From an uncultured Flavobacteriales bacterium (GTDB lineage: Bacteria; Bacteroidota; Bacteroidia; Flavobacteriales_D; CAJJDF01), in assembly GCA_937129365.1 (NCBI GenBank), contig CAKZNB010000049.1, forward strand, positions 133,498-197,497: DNA of 64,000 nt, read 5' to 3'. Shown piece by piece: positions 1-10,700 of this stretch (the stretch's first letter is position 1; every line of letters begins with the position of its first letter). The notes below the pieces were generated by a model that had not been told where the DNA came from, searched no databases, and worked only from the letters and a program-made list of their open reading frames with translations. The position numbers and the translations under genes are program-made.

Positions 1-516
1 AGTTTGTGCGAAAAATCTGTTCCTAAAGAGTTTCCGCCTGATGCATTGAAATACGAATTAGAAAATTCGTGCAAGGTGTTGGGTATAAAACAAGAAAATG
101 TAACTATATTTAGCTATGAGGTGAGGGAATTTCCAAAATATAGGCAAGAGATTTTAGAAGATTTAGTCAAGCTTAATAAGCAAATTAAGCCTGATTTAGT
201 ATTTCTTCCTTCTTCAAGTGATATACACCAAGATCACTTTACAATATATCAAGAAGGAGTGAGGGCGTTTAAGTTTTGTAATTTATTGGGTTATGAGATG
301 CCTTGGAATAATTTTTCTTTCTCTTCATCAATATATGTTGTTGTTAGTAAGGATAATATAAACAAAAAAATAGCTGCAATTGATGAGTATGAAACTCAAA
401 AATTCAGACCCTATAGTGGTGAAGAATTTGTAGTTTCTTTGTCAAAATTGAGGGGGATTCAAATAAAAGAGACTTATGCAGAATCATTTGAGCTGATAAG
501 ATGGATAGTAAAATAA
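1..516 (+). CDS. PIG-L/LmbE-family sugar deacetylase (5' end outside window)
   Basis: The frame is open from base 1; the track lists 4..516 from an internal TTG. C-terminal part of a PIG-L-like fold including [17 protein letters not shown]. Overlaps the next gene by 16 nt and sits in a glycan locus. Confidence 0.7.
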   Translation, partial: SLCEKSVPKEFPPDALKYELENSCKVLGIKQENVTIFSYEVREFPKYRQEILEDLVKLNKQIKPDLVFLPSSSDIHQDHFTIYQEGVRAFKFCNLLGYEMPWNNFSFSSSIYVVVSKDNINKKIAAIDEYETQKFRPYSGEEFVVSLSKLRGIQIKETYAESFELIRWIVK

Positions 517-1469
517 AAGTAAAAAATATATTAGAATACTTCGAGAAGTTTAACTTTTCGATGCATCCTCATGGAGCTACTGTCAATAATTTAATTGATG
601 GACCAAGGGATGTTTTTAATGCGGAATCTAATAATGTAACTTTTTTATCTAATAAATTAATAGATACTGCTGAGAGTGTAGTTGAAAATTGTAAGGCTTC
701 TTTGATTTTTTTAAGTAAAGAGATTTATGATAAAGTAAAAGATAAGAACCTTAATTTTTCAATCGTTATAAGTAATGATCCTAAAAAAGAAATGATTACT
801 TGTCTGACGGAGTTTTTTAGTGACAAAAGCACATGTTATATAAGCGAGAAGTCTGAGATTATGAATGGAGCTATTATTGGTAAAAACGTATCAATAGGAG
901 CTTTTTCATTTATAGACTCAAATGTTATAATAGGAGATAACTCGATTGTAGAGGAGGGTGTGATTATTAAGAACTCTACGATTGGTAACAACTGTATAAT
1001 TAAATCAAACTCAGTTATTGGAAATTCTGGATTTGGATTTTCTAAAAATGAAAAAGGTGAACAAGTTGAATTTCCTCATTTTGGTAGAGTACTTATAGGT
1101 GATAGTGTACAAATAGGAAGTAACACTTGTGTTGATAGGGGAGCACTTAGCGACACTGTAATAAAAGATGGAGTTAAGGTTGATAATTTGGTTCATATTG
1201 CTCACAATGTAGTAATAGGTGAAAATTCATTAATTATTGCAAATTCTTTAATTGGAGGGAGTACAATTATTGGCAAAAATTGCTGGGTAGCTCCAACTGC
1301 TACTATTAAGAATGGAATTAATATTGGTGATAATTGCCTTATTGGAATGGCAAGTGTTGTAACCAAAAACATAGAGAGCGATCAAATTATTGCAGGTTCG
1401 CCAGGAATTAATATTCAAGATTTCAAGAAATGGTCTAGTTTTAAAAAAGATATTATTAAAAAAATGTAG
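501..1469 (+). CDS. LpxD-like hexapeptide-repeat N-acyltransferase (UDP-amino-sugar acyltransferase)
   Basis: 322 aa. Long run of left-handed beta-helix hexapeptide repeats (IGxN..IG..) after an LpxD-like N-terminal domain. Polysaccharide-locus context. Confidence 0.8.
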   Translation: MDSKIKVKNILEYFEKFNFSMHPHGATVNNLIDGPRDVFNAESNNVTFLSNKLIDTAESVVENCKASLIFLSKEIYDKVKDKNLNFSIVISNDPKKEMITCLTEFFSDKSTCYISEKSEIMNGAIIGKNVSIGAFSFIDSNVIIGDNSIVEEGVIIKNSTIGNNCIIKSNSVIGNSGFGFSKNEKGEQVEFPHFGRVLIGDSVQIGSNTCVDRGALSDTVIKDGVKVDNLVHIAHNVVIGENSLIIANSLIGGSTIIGKNCWVAPTATIKNGINIGDNCLIGMASVVTKNIESDQIIAGSPGINIQDFKKWSSFKKDIIKKM

Positions 1470-1476
1470 TTTCCTT

Positions 1477-2958
1477 TTATCTTCTGAATACTCTTGAAAT
1501 AGCTGTGTTGATTATCCTATTAATCTCTAATGACATTTTTGTAAAATATAATACTACTATAAAAACGGTCACCATTATAAAAGATTTGCCAATTATATTT
1601 AAGAATGGGTTTTCTATTGTTATAAATGTTCCTAAAAATAAAACGAGTGTAATAAGGCCCCCCACAAAGAGGTGTCTAAAATTTATTGAGTTCATTTTTA
1701 ATTTGTTGTATACCACAATACTAGTTACACTGTTGTAAAGAAAAATGGAAATTGCAGTTGCAACAGCCGTTCCAACAATTCCATATTCAGTAATAAAATA
1801 CCAATTAGTTAGGATAGCTATTATTGCTAAGAAAGGTGTAAGAAAAATATTCCACTTGTAATATTTTGAATATTGAATTATTTCGAAATTTATTCCTACC
1901 GCTAAATCAAACAGTTTGGACAAACCAATAAAAAACACCACATATTTTCCTTCAACATAATTGTCCCCATTAGGAATAATGCTAAAAATGGAATCTATAT
2001 TTCCCCAAATCAAAATAAAGATTATTCCACCAAGTATCAATAAATTAATAGCAGATTTTTTAAATAAATCCTCCACTTTATGATTTTCTCCATCAGCCAG
2101 ATATTTGGATATTAATGGGATGGTTAATTGGATAACAGGTCTCTTTGGTATTTCAATAACTACTCCCATAAAAAAAGCAATGGTATAGATACCCACCTTA
2201 CCAAGACTCTCAGTTATAGATCCAATCATTAACGTGTCAATTTGTGCCACAATAACACCGCTTAAGCTTCCAAAAACTACATAAGATGAATAGATTGAAA
2301 ACCCTTTGAATTTCTTATTTTTATTGAATCCAAATTTAATTTTATAAGGATTTTGATAGAAATAATATATTGCCAGTATTATTACATTTAATATGTGTAG
2401 TGTAATATAAAATATAAGGAGTGTGTTAAAATTGATAAGCCCAGTTGTGTAAAGGATGACCAAGCCAATAAGATAAAGTCTTGAGACTACACTCTTTAAA
2501 AAATTAGATAAAATAATTTGAGTCTTAATGGTAAGGAGTGATTCAAATAAATTTAAATACACATAATGAAAAACCATACCAGGCAATAGATATATGATAT
2601 TTGCTAAATAGGGTGAGTCTTTAAAAAAGTAATCGTCAATCCACCCTTTTAACATTAAACTTGCTATGGTAAATATTATTAAAATGAAGAGAGGTAATAG
2701 TATAACAAAGGTTAGAAATTGATTTTTTTCCTTCTCATTATTTACAAAATAATGGTAATAGCGGTATACAGCGCTTCCAAAGCCCATAAGAACAAATGGA
2801 AAAATTATTAATGAAATTGCATTAAGCGTTTTAATTGTTCCAATTTCTTCTTGAGAAAGGTACTTTGTTTGGATATAGAGAATCCCAAAAGCAGCAATAA
2901 CAATTCCCAAAAAGTTTATTATGGTAACGGCTGCACTTTTATTTGTGATAACTCCCAT
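1477..2958 (-). CDS. Wzx-type oligosaccharide flippase (MOP superfamily polysaccharide biosynthesis protein)
   Basis: 493 aa, about 12-14 hydrophobic helices throughout, typical length and position in a glycan locus. Confidence 0.8.
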   Translation of the reverse strand: MGVITNKSAAVTIINFLGIVIAAFGILYIQTKYLSQEEIGTIKTLNAISLIIFPFVLMGFGSAVYRYYHYFVNNEKEKNQFLTFVILLPLFILIIFTIASLMLKGWIDDYFFKDSPYLANIIYLLPGMVFHYVYLNLFESLLTIKTQIILSNFLKSVVSRLYLIGLVILYTTGLINFNTLLIFYITLHILNVIILAIYYFYQNPYKIKFGFNKNKKFKGFSIYSSYVVFGSLSGVIVAQIDTLMIGSITESLGKVGIYTIAFFMGVVIEIPKRPVIQLTIPLISKYLADGENHKVEDLFKKSAINLLILGGIIFILIWGNIDSIFSIIPNGDNYVEGKYVVFFIGLSKLFDLAVGINFEIIQYSKYYKWNIFLTPFLAIIAILTNWYFITEYGIVGTAVATAISIFLYNSVTSIVVYNKLKMNSINFRHLFVGGLITLVLFLGTFITIENPFLNIIGKSFIMVTVFIVVLYFTKMSLEINRIINTAISRVFRR

Positions 2959-2960
2959 TC

Positions 2961-4274
2961 TTATTTTTTATATTTTTTTGCTACTGCTCCCAAGGTAGTA
3001 GTATTGAATTTATTTTTATCAATTTGAACTAAAAGGTTGGAGTAAAAAATCCTCCATTCAGGATTTAAATACTCACTGATAAAGGTGTTGTGCCAGTTAA
3101 ACACTAAAGTTCCATTCCATTTTTCAACTTCATTAATCATAGAGTTAGCTTCAATTTTTGCTTCTGACACCGAAACTCCCATATAGTTTTCGAAAGCTAA
3201 CGAACAATCCATAATAGTGAGTGGTATTTCTAAAAAATTATAGGGCGTGTCATTTTCAAAATCATATAAATAAAACGGATTACAAATTCCATTTCTGAAA
3301 CCTATTTGCTCCTGAAAGCCAAGAGAAGTGTCATATTCTAGTCCTGATTGTTCAATTATTGAAGGAGTTTTTGACATGTCCCATTGTAGGAAATGAAATC
3401 TATTTCCGAGGATTGGGTTATTAATTCTTGAACTCAATTGATTTAAATCCCCCATAAATTCTTTTTCAATATCATGAGTTCTATAGCTTCCATGCAGTCC
3501 AATTTCAGAGTTATTACTAATTATTTTTTTAATAGATGAATTTATATAATTATTCGTTAAACTATAATCTGCATTTTTAATTTCTCCAACTTTGTTATCA
3601 TTTGTTAAAAAGAAAAATGTAGACTTTACTCCATATTTACTTTCAATATCAATAATATCCTCAATGTTTTTCCATGGTTGAAAAGGGGAAATACAATGAT
3701 TAATAAATTGGGATATACTTTTTCTGATTTTTTTGTTTTGTAATGAAATTCTTATTCTATGCTTCCAAGCAGAAGTCACCTCATCTATATCATGGGATAA
3801 GCATATGGTAAAACCATGATTAAAGTCTAATTTAATAGAATAGACTTTTTCAATGGCCGTTTTTAAAATATCAAAGTAGTAATTTACTAGAGGGTAATCA
3901 ACAAAGTTTAGTTTTTTTTGAAGACTCTCATTAAATTCGAACCTATCATGTTTGTCTCTTTTTTTACAATCAATTTCTTGTTTTCCGCTAAGTAAATAGA
4001 AACTTGCAGACAATATATCGTAGTTTATAATACATTGATTATTAGAGCAATTAAGTATATCTCCGTTATCTTCATTATTAAATAAAAAGGGTATTTTTCT
4101 TTTGCTCCATTCTCTATAATATGGGCTTGAGCTTAACGAAGAGTTTGTGTTAATTATAATTTTAGCCTCAGAATTTTTATCGCCATTAAAATCTATATCC
4201 AACTCTTTAACCTTATCTAATTGATAAATAAGAGCAAAGTTCTTTAATATATAATTGAATTTATTCTGATTCAT
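2961..4274 (-). CDS. Polysaccharide deacetylase-like protein (NodB/CE4-superfamily-like)
   Basis: Track ORF is 2961..4340. I prefer the ATG at 4274 (MNQNKFNY...), which leaves a 126-bp divergent promoter region with pseB. The SHDIDEV and GLHGSY motifs resemble metal-dependent sugar deacetylases. The family call is tentative. Confidence 0.55.
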   Translation of the reverse strand: MNQNKFNYILKNFALIYQLDKVKELDIDFNGDKNSEAKIIINTNSSLSSSPYYREWSKRKIPFLFNNEDNGDILNCSNNQCIINYDILSASFYLLSGKQEIDCKKRDKHDRFEFNESLQKKLNFVDYPLVNYYFDILKTAIEKVYSIKLDFNHGFTICLSHDIDEVTSAWKHRIRISLQNKKIRKSISQFINHCISPFQPWKNIEDIIDIESKYGVKSTFFFLTNDNKVGEIKNADYSLTNNYINSSIKKIISNNSEIGLHGSYRTHDIEKEFMGDLNQLSSRINNPILGNRFHFLQWDMSKTPSIIEQSGLEYDTSLGFQEQIGFRNGICNPFYLYDFENDTPYNFLEIPLTIMDCSLAFENYMGVSVSEAKIEANSMINEVEKWNGTLVFNWHNTFISEYLNPEWRIFYSNLLVQIDKNKFNTTTLGAVAKKYKK

Positions 4275-4400
4275 AGTAAACAACTTGAATTTAATTCTTT
4301 TTGAATTGAAGACACTGTTTTTGAAATGTAATGTTAACAATATTTAGGTAAATAAGCGACTATATTAGTATATTTAGCACTTCGTAAAAAAAATGAATGT

Positions 4401-5417
4401 ATGTTAGATTTAAATAATAAATCAATTTTAATAACTGGAGGGACTGGATCTTTAGGAAAACAACTCACAAAAAGGATATTTACACAGTTTCCTAATGTTA
4501 AGAGATTAGTGATATTTTCTAGAGATGAGCAGAAACAATTTCAGATGGCTCAAGAATATCCTGGGTCTGAATATCCTGCAATTCGTTTTTTTATAGGCGA
4601 TGTAAGAGATAAAGATAGATTAGTTAGAGCTTTTCAAGGAGTGGAATACGTAATTCATGCAGCAGCTATGAAACACGTTCATTTAGCTGAGTTTAATCCA
4701 TCTGAATGTATAAAGACTAATGTGACTGGAGCAGAAAATGTAATATACGCTTCGCTTGAAACAGGAGTAAAAAATGTTGTAGCACTTTCTACAGATAAGG
4801 CTTGTGCACCAATTAATTTGTATGGGGCTACTAAGCTTACTTCTGATAAATTATTTGTTGCAGCAAATAATATAAAGGGATCAAATTCTATTAAGTTCTC
4901 TGTGGTAAGATATGGGAATGTAATGGGTTCAAATGGTTCTGTTATCCCATTTTTTCTTAAAAAGAAGAAGGATGGATTTCTTCCAATTACCGATCCTCAA
5001 ATGACTCGTTTCAATATATCATTGGATGGCGGAGTAGATATGGTAATGCATGCAATGGAAAATGCTTGGGGTGGTGAAATTTTTATTCCTAAAATTCCAT
5101 CATACAAAATTACTGATGTAGCTGTGGCTGTAGCACCAGAAATAGAACATAGAATTATAGGAATAAGACCAGGAGAAAAAATTCATGAAGAGATGATTAC
5201 TTCTTCAGATTCTTTTCTAACCTATGATATGGGTAAATATTATGTAATCCTTCCTAGCAGAACTAATTGGAGTTTGGAGGAATTTACTAATAAGTTTGGA
5301 GCTACTAAAGTTAAAGAAGGGTTTCAATATAACTCAGGTGATAATACTGAGTGGGAAACAGTAGATTCTTTGAGAAACTTAATTGTAAAACATGTTGATA
5401 GCGATTTTTCGGTATAA
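4401..5417 (+). CDS. pseB: UDP-N-acetylglucosamine 4,6-dehydratase (inverting), PseB/FlaA1-type
   Basis: 338 aa. N-terminal ILITGGTGSLGK Rossmann motif, FSRDEQKQ, IGDVRD and YGATK (YxxxK) motifs characteristic of PseB/CapD-short enzymes. Nonulosonic-acid genes are adjacent. Confidence 0.85.
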   Translation: MLDLNNKSILITGGTGSLGKQLTKRIFTQFPNVKRLVIFSRDEQKQFQMAQEYPGSEYPAIRFFIGDVRDKDRLVRAFQGVEYVIHAAAMKHVHLAEFNPSECIKTNVTGAENVIYASLETGVKNVVALSTDKACAPINLYGATKLTSDKLFVAANNIKGSNSIKFSVVRYGNVMGSNGSVIPFFLKKKKDGFLPITDPQMTRFNISLDGGVDMVMHAMENAWGGEIFIPKIPSYKITDVAVAVAPEIEHRIIGIRPGEKIHEEMITSSDSFLTYDMGKYYVILPSRTNWSLEEFTNKFGATKVKEGFQYNSGDNTEWETVDSLRNLIVKHVDSDFSV

Positions 5418-5418
5418 G

Positions 5419-5946
5419 TTAATCGTCCTTTAGTTTTGATATTATTAAAGAATCCCAATACTTGCCATCTTCAAAACAGTTTTGCCTTAAAGTTCCATCA
5501 ATTTTAAAATTGAATTTATTTTGGAAGAATGCTATTTTTTGAGAATCAAATTCATATAATTCCATCCAAATTTTATTTAAATTTAGGTTCTTAAATCCGT
5601 AATCAATTAAAAGCTTTGCTGCTTCATCAGTTCTTTTATCGTCTCCAATATATATCTTGTCTTCTCCAATATAGAATGAGAAATCACCTGACCTATTAAT
5701 CCAATTAATATACAAAATACCTGCCGCACCAATTGGTTCGTTTGTTTTTAAATCTACAATTACAAACATGTAATTAATGTGCTTAGTTTTTTTTAAACTC
5801 TCTAGCCATTGCTCCTGATCCATCAAAGATAACTCACGAACTTCCCTGAAATTTCTTCTGAAACTAGTCTCGTTCCTCCAATCTCTTAAGGTTTGTAAGT
5901 CCTCTTTTTCAACAGCTCTTAATCCAATTAGATTTCCTTTTATCAT
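5419..5946 (-). CDS. GNAT N-acetyltransferase, PseH-like (amino-sugar N-acetyltransferase of nonulosonate pathway)
   Basis: 175 aa. LRAVEKEDLQTLRDWRN start typical of the PseH/SpsD-like GNAT subgroup. Directly downstream of the NeuB-family synthase. Confidence 0.65.
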   Translation of the reverse strand: MIKGNLIGLRAVEKEDLQTLRDWRNETSFRRNFREVRELSLMDQEQWLESLKKTKHINYMFVIVDLKTNEPIGAAGILYINWINRSGDFSFYIGEDKIYIGDDKRTDEAAKLLIDYGFKNLNLNKIWMELYEFDSQKIAFFQNKFNFKIDGTLRQNCFEDGKYWDSLIISKLKDD

Positions 5947-5952
5947 AGCTTT

Positions 5953-7017
5953 CTAGTTTATTAATGATTTTGTTAAATGTTCCCCGGCTTCAATAGATTC
6001 TTTTAAAGTTTCCCCAATCACAATATCTTTCTGGTAAGGGTGAAGCCCATCTTCTGAGATTGGTCTTAAATATATTAAATCTTCTTCTGTTATAACATGA
6101 CCAGCAGATAAATCTTTATTTACCCTTATACATCTTCTTTGTACAAGTTGAGCATCCTCTTCATTTGGTTCAACTCTTTTTGTTCCATCTCCTAATGCTT
6201 TTAATAATTCATAGGACCTATCAACCATGTTTCTCCATGAAGTTGGATTCATAGCAAAAGCATGATCTGGTCCTTCTTGGTTATTATCATCAGTAAAGTG
6301 TTTTTCTATAATTCTTGCTCCATAAGCTATACTTCCTAGTGTAGTTGCATGTTTTTTTGTGTGGTCAGACAATCCTAGCATTACATCTGGATATTCTTTT
6401 TTAAATAAATTAAGCACATTTAAATTGCAATAATTAAAGTTTTCATCACTTCCAGAGTAGTTTGTGTTACATTGCATAAGAACCACATCTTTGGTTTTAG
6501 ATAGAACTAGGTCCATAACTCTTTTTACATCTTTCATATTAGAAGCACCTGTTGCAATAATTATCGGTTTTCCCTTTTCACAGATATATTCAATAATATC
6601 AAGCCAAGAAATATCTCCCGAACCAATTTTGTATAAATCTACATAAGGATCAACTAGATCTACAGATTCGTAATCATAAGGGCTTGTAAAGTAATCGATT
6701 CCTATTTTATTACATTCTTCTTTAAGAATTTTTGTCCAATCTTTTTGAATACTAGCATCTTCGTATACTTCAAACACTGATTTCTTCCATTTTGATTGAT
6801 GGGAAAGTTTACCTTTCATTTTATCAAAACCTACTTTGCTTACAATTTTATTTGCTTGAAAATTTTGAAATTTTGCAGCATCAGCACCTGCTTGTTTAGC
6901 TAAACGAATTAATTCTTTGGCTTTTTCAAGTGAGCCATTGTGATTTGCTCCAATATCAGCAATAAAATATAGTGAGTTAGAATCAATAGTTTTACTTCCT
7001 AATTTTATGCTATTCAT
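5953..7017 (-). CDS. Nonulosonic acid synthase (NeuB/PseI/LegI family)
   Basis: 354 aa. FIADIGANHNGSLEKAKELI and AKFQ motifs of the NeuB TIM barrel plus a C-terminal SAF-like domain. 4-nt overlap with the upstream gene. Confidence 0.85.
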   Translation of the reverse strand: MNSIKLGSKTIDSNSLYFIADIGANHNGSLEKAKELIRLAKQAGADAAKFQNFQANKIVSKVGFDKMKGKLSHQSKWKKSVFEVYEDASIQKDWTKILKEECNKIGIDYFTSPYDYESVDLVDPYVDLYKIGSGDISWLDIIEYICEKGKPIIIATGASNMKDVKRVMDLVLSKTKDVVLMQCNTNYSGSDENFNYCNLNVLNLFKKEYPDVMLGLSDHTKKHATTLGSIAYGARIIEKHFTDDNNQEGPDHAFAMNPTSWRNMVDRSYELLKALGDGTKRVEPNEEDAQLVQRRCIRVNKDLSAGHVITEEDLIYLRPISEDGLHPYQKDIVIGETLKESIEAGEHLTKSLIN

Positions 7018-7907
7018 GATGTATGATTTTTAATTATAGATTCAATCGTTTTATTTAGTGTAGGAAGTTTTCTTCCTGTTTCTATTTGGTATAATGAGCA
7101 ATCAAGCGATTGATCATTAGCTCTTTTAGCTCTTTTAGTAAAATCGGAGATAGATCCTTTATTTACGGAGGAAGTTTTTAGTTCTAGAGCCTTAATTAGT
7201 TTTATCCCAAACTCATATTTTGTGGATATTTCTGATCCAGAAATATGGTAAATACTTTTATCCATTTTGTTATCAATGATATGTTTTATCTCATTTCCTA
7301 AATCCCAAACAGAGATAGGGTTGAACTTCACATCATCAAAAAGATTGATTTCTTCTCCTTTTTTTACTGAATTTATAATCCATTCTACAAATCCAGATTT
7401 TGCAGGATTTAAGTTTAAACCCACTATTGTTGTTCTGATTATGGTATAATCTCTATCACTTGTTCTAAGAAAAAACTCCCCTAATTCTTTTGATTTTCCA
7501 TATACATTTTGAGGACTTACACAGTCTTTTTCAGATGCGTTATGAGTTTCAGATGAGAATACAGCATCTGTTGAAATATAAATTATTTTAATATGATTTT
7601 CTGTTGAATCTAACAATTTTTTTATCGAAACCCCATTTATATCAAAAGCTTCAATTGGCTCTTCGTTACAAGTATTTCCATTGGTAAGAGCACCACAATG
7701 AATTATTATATCAGGTTTGCTCCAAGCTATTAGTTCATTGTAATTTTTACTCTTTAAATCCCATGTTTTATAGTTTGAGTGAGACTTAAAAGAGCTTCCT
7801 CCCGTTGCAAATATTTCATAAAAAGGAGATAATTGGGATGCTAAATTGGCTCCGAGCATCCCAGATGCTCCAGTAATTAAAATTTTTTTATTTCCTTTAT
7901 TATTCAA
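7014..7907 (-). CDS. Extended-SDR NAD(P)-dependent sugar reductase/epimerase (RmlD-like)
   Basis: 297 aa. ILITGASGMLG Rossmann motif and YGKSK (YxxxK). ATGA-type overlap with the synthase gene. Confidence 0.7.
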   Translation of the reverse strand: MNNKGNKKILITGASGMLGANLASQLSPFYEIFATGGSSFKSHSNYKTWDLKSKNYNELIAWSKPDIIIHCGALTNGNTCNEEPIEAFDINGVSIKKLLDSTENHIKIIYISTDAVFSSETHNASEKDCVSPQNVYGKSKELGEFFLRTSDRDYTIIRTTIVGLNLNPAKSGFVEWIINSVKKGEEINLFDDVKFNPISVWDLGNEIKHIIDNKMDKSIYHISGSEISTKYEFGIKLIKALELKTSSVNKGSISDFTKRAKRANDQSLDCSLYQIETGRKLPTLNKTIESIIKNHTS

Positions 7908-7910
7908 TAT

Positions 7911-9110
7911 TTAGTTTTTTTTAAACTCATTTAAAGTTTTCTTCAAAATATCAGCTTGAACTTTAGCTTCCTCTAAATCCCAATAATTCGTTTTCATTTG
8001 AATCATTCTTTTTTGTAAGAATTCTGCATTTGGACATAAGCCTGCCTCATATTTTTGTGTAATACCGGGGTAATGTTGAATTTTTTGGATAAATAAATCT
8101 TCTTCGTAGGTTAATTTCCAAGCTGCATAATATCCATCTCCACCATTTTTTTGGAATAAATCTCTGAACTTATACCAGTCAAACTCTGGGTTATCTGTAT
8201 TAAGAATCATGCTATATCCCCAGTAAGAATTTACGCAATAATCAGGTGTGTGTTGTTTTGTAACCAAATCACTTCCTTCAATAGCTTTGTCAAATAACTC
8301 AGCTACTTTCATTCTAATTCCAACTAATTCTTCTATCCTTTCCAATTGTCCAAGCATTACTGCAGATTGAACTTCTGACATGCGGTAATTGTACCCAACA
8401 GAAATATGTCTTGTATAATTTGGGTCTTGAATATCATTTCTTGTAATTTTTGCTTGTTTTCCACTAACACCGGCATATCCTAATGAGGTGAATCTTCTTG
8501 CAGTATCAGCATATTCAGGATTGTTTGTAGTTAACATACCACCTTCACCACATGATATATGCTTGCTGGCTTGAAAGCTGTAACTTGAAAAATCCCCAAA
8601 CGTACCTACTAATTTGTTTTTGTAGTATCCAAGAAAACATTCTGCATTATCTTCAATAAGGTGTAGGTTGTATTCTTTACATATTTCTAAAATCTCATCA
8701 TATTCGGGAGATAACCCGTAAAGAGCTACAGTAATTATAGCTTTAGTTTTTGGAGTGATTTTATCTCTAATAGATTTTGGATCTATATTAAATGTATTGA
8801 TATCAACATCAGCAAATACTGGAACAGAATTATTTTGCAATACACACAATGAAGTACTTGCCATAGTTAGAGGTGGTACAATAACTTCGTCTCCTTCTTT
8901 TACACCCAATGCATGTAAAGCTGTGTGCATTGTAGCTGTTCCATTTACATGACTGATTGAATATTCGTATTCAAAAATTTCAGTAAATTTTGCTTCCATT
9001 CTATTTGTAAAAGTTCCGTTTTTAGAAGTAGCAAACTCATTATCAAGTGCTTCTAAAACGTATTTTCTTTCTAAGTCAGATATTCTTTTCATGTTATTTG
9101 TACATTTCAC
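7911..9110 (-). CDS. DegT/DnrJ/EryC1/StrS-family PLP-dependent sugar aminotransferase
   Basis: 399 aa. Conserved aminotransferase core including the SFQASKHIS lysine region. Longer C-terminal tail than classical PseC. Confidence 0.85.
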   Translation of the reverse strand: MKCTNNMKRISDLERKYVLEALDNEFATSKNGTFTNRMEAKFTEIFEYEYSISHVNGTATMHTALHALGVKEGDEVIVPPLTMASTSLCVLQNNSVPVFADVDINTFNIDPKSIRDKITPKTKAIITVALYGLSPEYDEILEICKEYNLHLIEDNAECFLGYYKNKLVGTFGDFSSYSFQASKHISCGEGGMLTTNNPEYADTARRFTSLGYAGVSGKQAKITRNDIQDPNYTRHISVGYNYRMSEVQSAVMLGQLERIEELVGIRMKVAELFDKAIEGSDLVTKQHTPDYCVNSYWGYSMILNTDNPEFDWYKFRDLFQKNGGDGYYAAWKLTYEEDLFIQKIQHYPGITQKYEAGLCPNAEFLQKRMIQMKTNYWDLEEAKVQADILKKTLNEFKKN

Positions 9111-9834
9111 TTCTCTTTACAGTGTTATTTATAAGAGAAATTTCTGGTTTATTTTTTAATAGTTTATATATATCCTGAGGAGTAAAAATTCTGTCCTCAT
9201 TATAAAGTTCATTGTATATTGCCTGAGTATAATTTAAATCTTCTTTGGTATCAATAGTCCACCTATGAAAAGATAAATTTACATCATTTGCTATGTTTTG
9301 AACCTTGAACTCATTTATGTTTTTGTGAATATATTGAGTTACGTGTTCTTTTTCAAAGTCTGAGTCAGCTTTTTTTTTTGATTTTTCTAAAGCTTTAAAA
9401 GTCAGCACTTCTACATCAAGCCCTTCAGGGAAAGTTGCTGGGTTATTGTTGCAGACAAAATCCAATTCTTCATTTATCAATAATGATATAGCTTCATCGA
9501 TTAAATTAGCATCTTTAAAAGGGTCGTCAGCAGTAATTCTTACAACAATATCAGCATCATGTTTTTTTGCGCAATCGTAATATCTTTTCAGCACATTTTC
9601 TTCAGAACCTCTAAAGTAACTAACCATGTTGTCCTTTGCCCATTTCTCAATAGAATCATCATTTTTATTGGTGGTAGTGGCAATAATTGTATCATCAATT
9701 AACTTTGATACTTTAAGTCTATCAACTACATGAGCTATCAGAGGTTTTTCAGCCAATTCCAAAAAAATTTTATTTGGAAGCCTTGTTGATCCTGTTCTAG
9801 CCTGTATTATTGCTGCTGTTTTCATGGCTTCCAT
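9094..9834 (-). CDS. Cytidylyltransferase (CMP-nonulosonate synthetase / SpsF-NeuA family)
   Basis: 246 aa. AIIQARTGSTRLPNK N-terminal nucleotide-binding motif typical of the CTP_transf_3 family. Overlaps both neighbours. Confidence 0.75.
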   Translation of the reverse strand: MEAMKTAAIIQARTGSTRLPNKIFLELAEKPLIAHVVDRLKVSKLIDDTIIATTTNKNDDSIEKWAKDNMVSYFRGSEENVLKRYYDCAKKHDADIVVRITADDPFKDANLIDEAISLLINEELDFVCNNNPATFPEGLDVEVLTFKALEKSKKKADSDFEKEHVTQYIHKNINEFKVQNIANDVNLSFHRWTIDTKEDLNYTQAIYNELYNEDRIFTPQDIYKLLKNKPEISLINNTVKRSEMYK

Positions 9835-10700
9835 TTTGATGGATTTAATAAATCTGTGTTCTTAACTTTTAATGTATTGATGGAATCTAAAATTTTATTT
9901 TGGTTGTTAATATCTAGTGAGTTAAGATTTTGTTTTAATTGGGATACATTATCAACTCCTATCAATACGTAATCAATTAGGTTTTGGTTAACTACATAAT
10001 TCAAACAAATTGAACCAACTGTTTCATTGTATTTTTTTGAAAAATCTCCAATTGAATTAAGTTGAGGTTTTAGTTCAGAAATATTACCAGTAAGTGTTTC
10101 AGGATTTTTAAAAAATAGACCTTGTAAAAAAACCGATCTTGTATGTACTTCAATTCCTTTTTGTTTCATTAATTCAAGTGATTTTCCTCTTAAATTAGAA
10201 TTGTCAAGAATATTAAATGGAAGCTGAATTATCTCTATTAAATCATTTTTTAATACTTCGTTTATTTCTTCATTGTTATAAACTGAAACACCAAATTTTA
10301 ATATTTTGCCTTCTTTCTTTAATCTGCTAATATCTTCTTCAAATAATGGAAAGTATTCTTCGTAATCACTAAACGAGTGAAATAGATAGCCGTATAAATA
10401 GTTTAAATTTAATGTGTTTAAATTAGCTACAATACGCTCATATAAATTTTTAGGCAAATCTTTTCTAGAGGGAGAAAACTTAGTTACCACCTCAAATTTA
10501 TTCCCAGAATCCTTAATGTACTCCCCAATTCTTGATTGAGAATCGCCATATGCCTCGGCTGTATCTAATAAACTAACATTATTGAGAAAAGCATAATCTA
10601 AAATTTCTTTTATTTTTTCTTTAGATGGTTTTCCTTCATTATTATTTATTCCGTAATTAAGTCCAAATTGAACAGTGCCAAGAATAAATTTATTAGTCAT
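9822..10700 (-). CDS. Aldo/keto reductase
   Basis: 292 aa. GTVQFGLNYGI start and DTAEAYG motif of the AKR family. First gene of the minus-strand operon. Confidence 0.85.
   Translation of the reverse strand: MTNKFILGTVQFGLNYGINNNEGKPSKEKIKEILDYAFLNNVSLLDTAEAYGDSQSRIGEYIKDSGNKFEVVTKFSPSRKDLPKNLYERIVANLNTLNLNYLYGYLFHSFSDYEEYFPLFEEDISRLKKEGKILKFGVSVYNNEEINEVLKNDLIEIIQLPFNILDNSNLRGKSLELMKQKGIEVHTRSVFLQGLFFKNPETLTGNISELKPQLNSIGDFSKKYNETVGSICLNYVVNQNLIDYVLIGVDNVSQLKQNLNSLDINNQNKILDSINTLKVKNTDLLNPSKWKP

Noticed and set aside
1505-1738. Nested or antisense small ORFs inside long genes. Examples: 1011..1205, 1505..1738, 6464..6646, 7267..7449, 8755..8952, 14652..14852, 18036..18233, 18628..18864, 19389..19709, 23142..23414, 28272..28460, 34959..35159, 35601..35873, 41351..41539, 42095..42304, 45198..46993 set, 48180..48392, 48783..48971, 50221..50496, 50795..51019, 51915..52202, 53937..54215, 54975..55277, 57760..59657 set.
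   Set aside because: Each is fully or largely contained in a longer ORF with recognisable family motifs. This is typical random-ORF background of AT-rich DNA.
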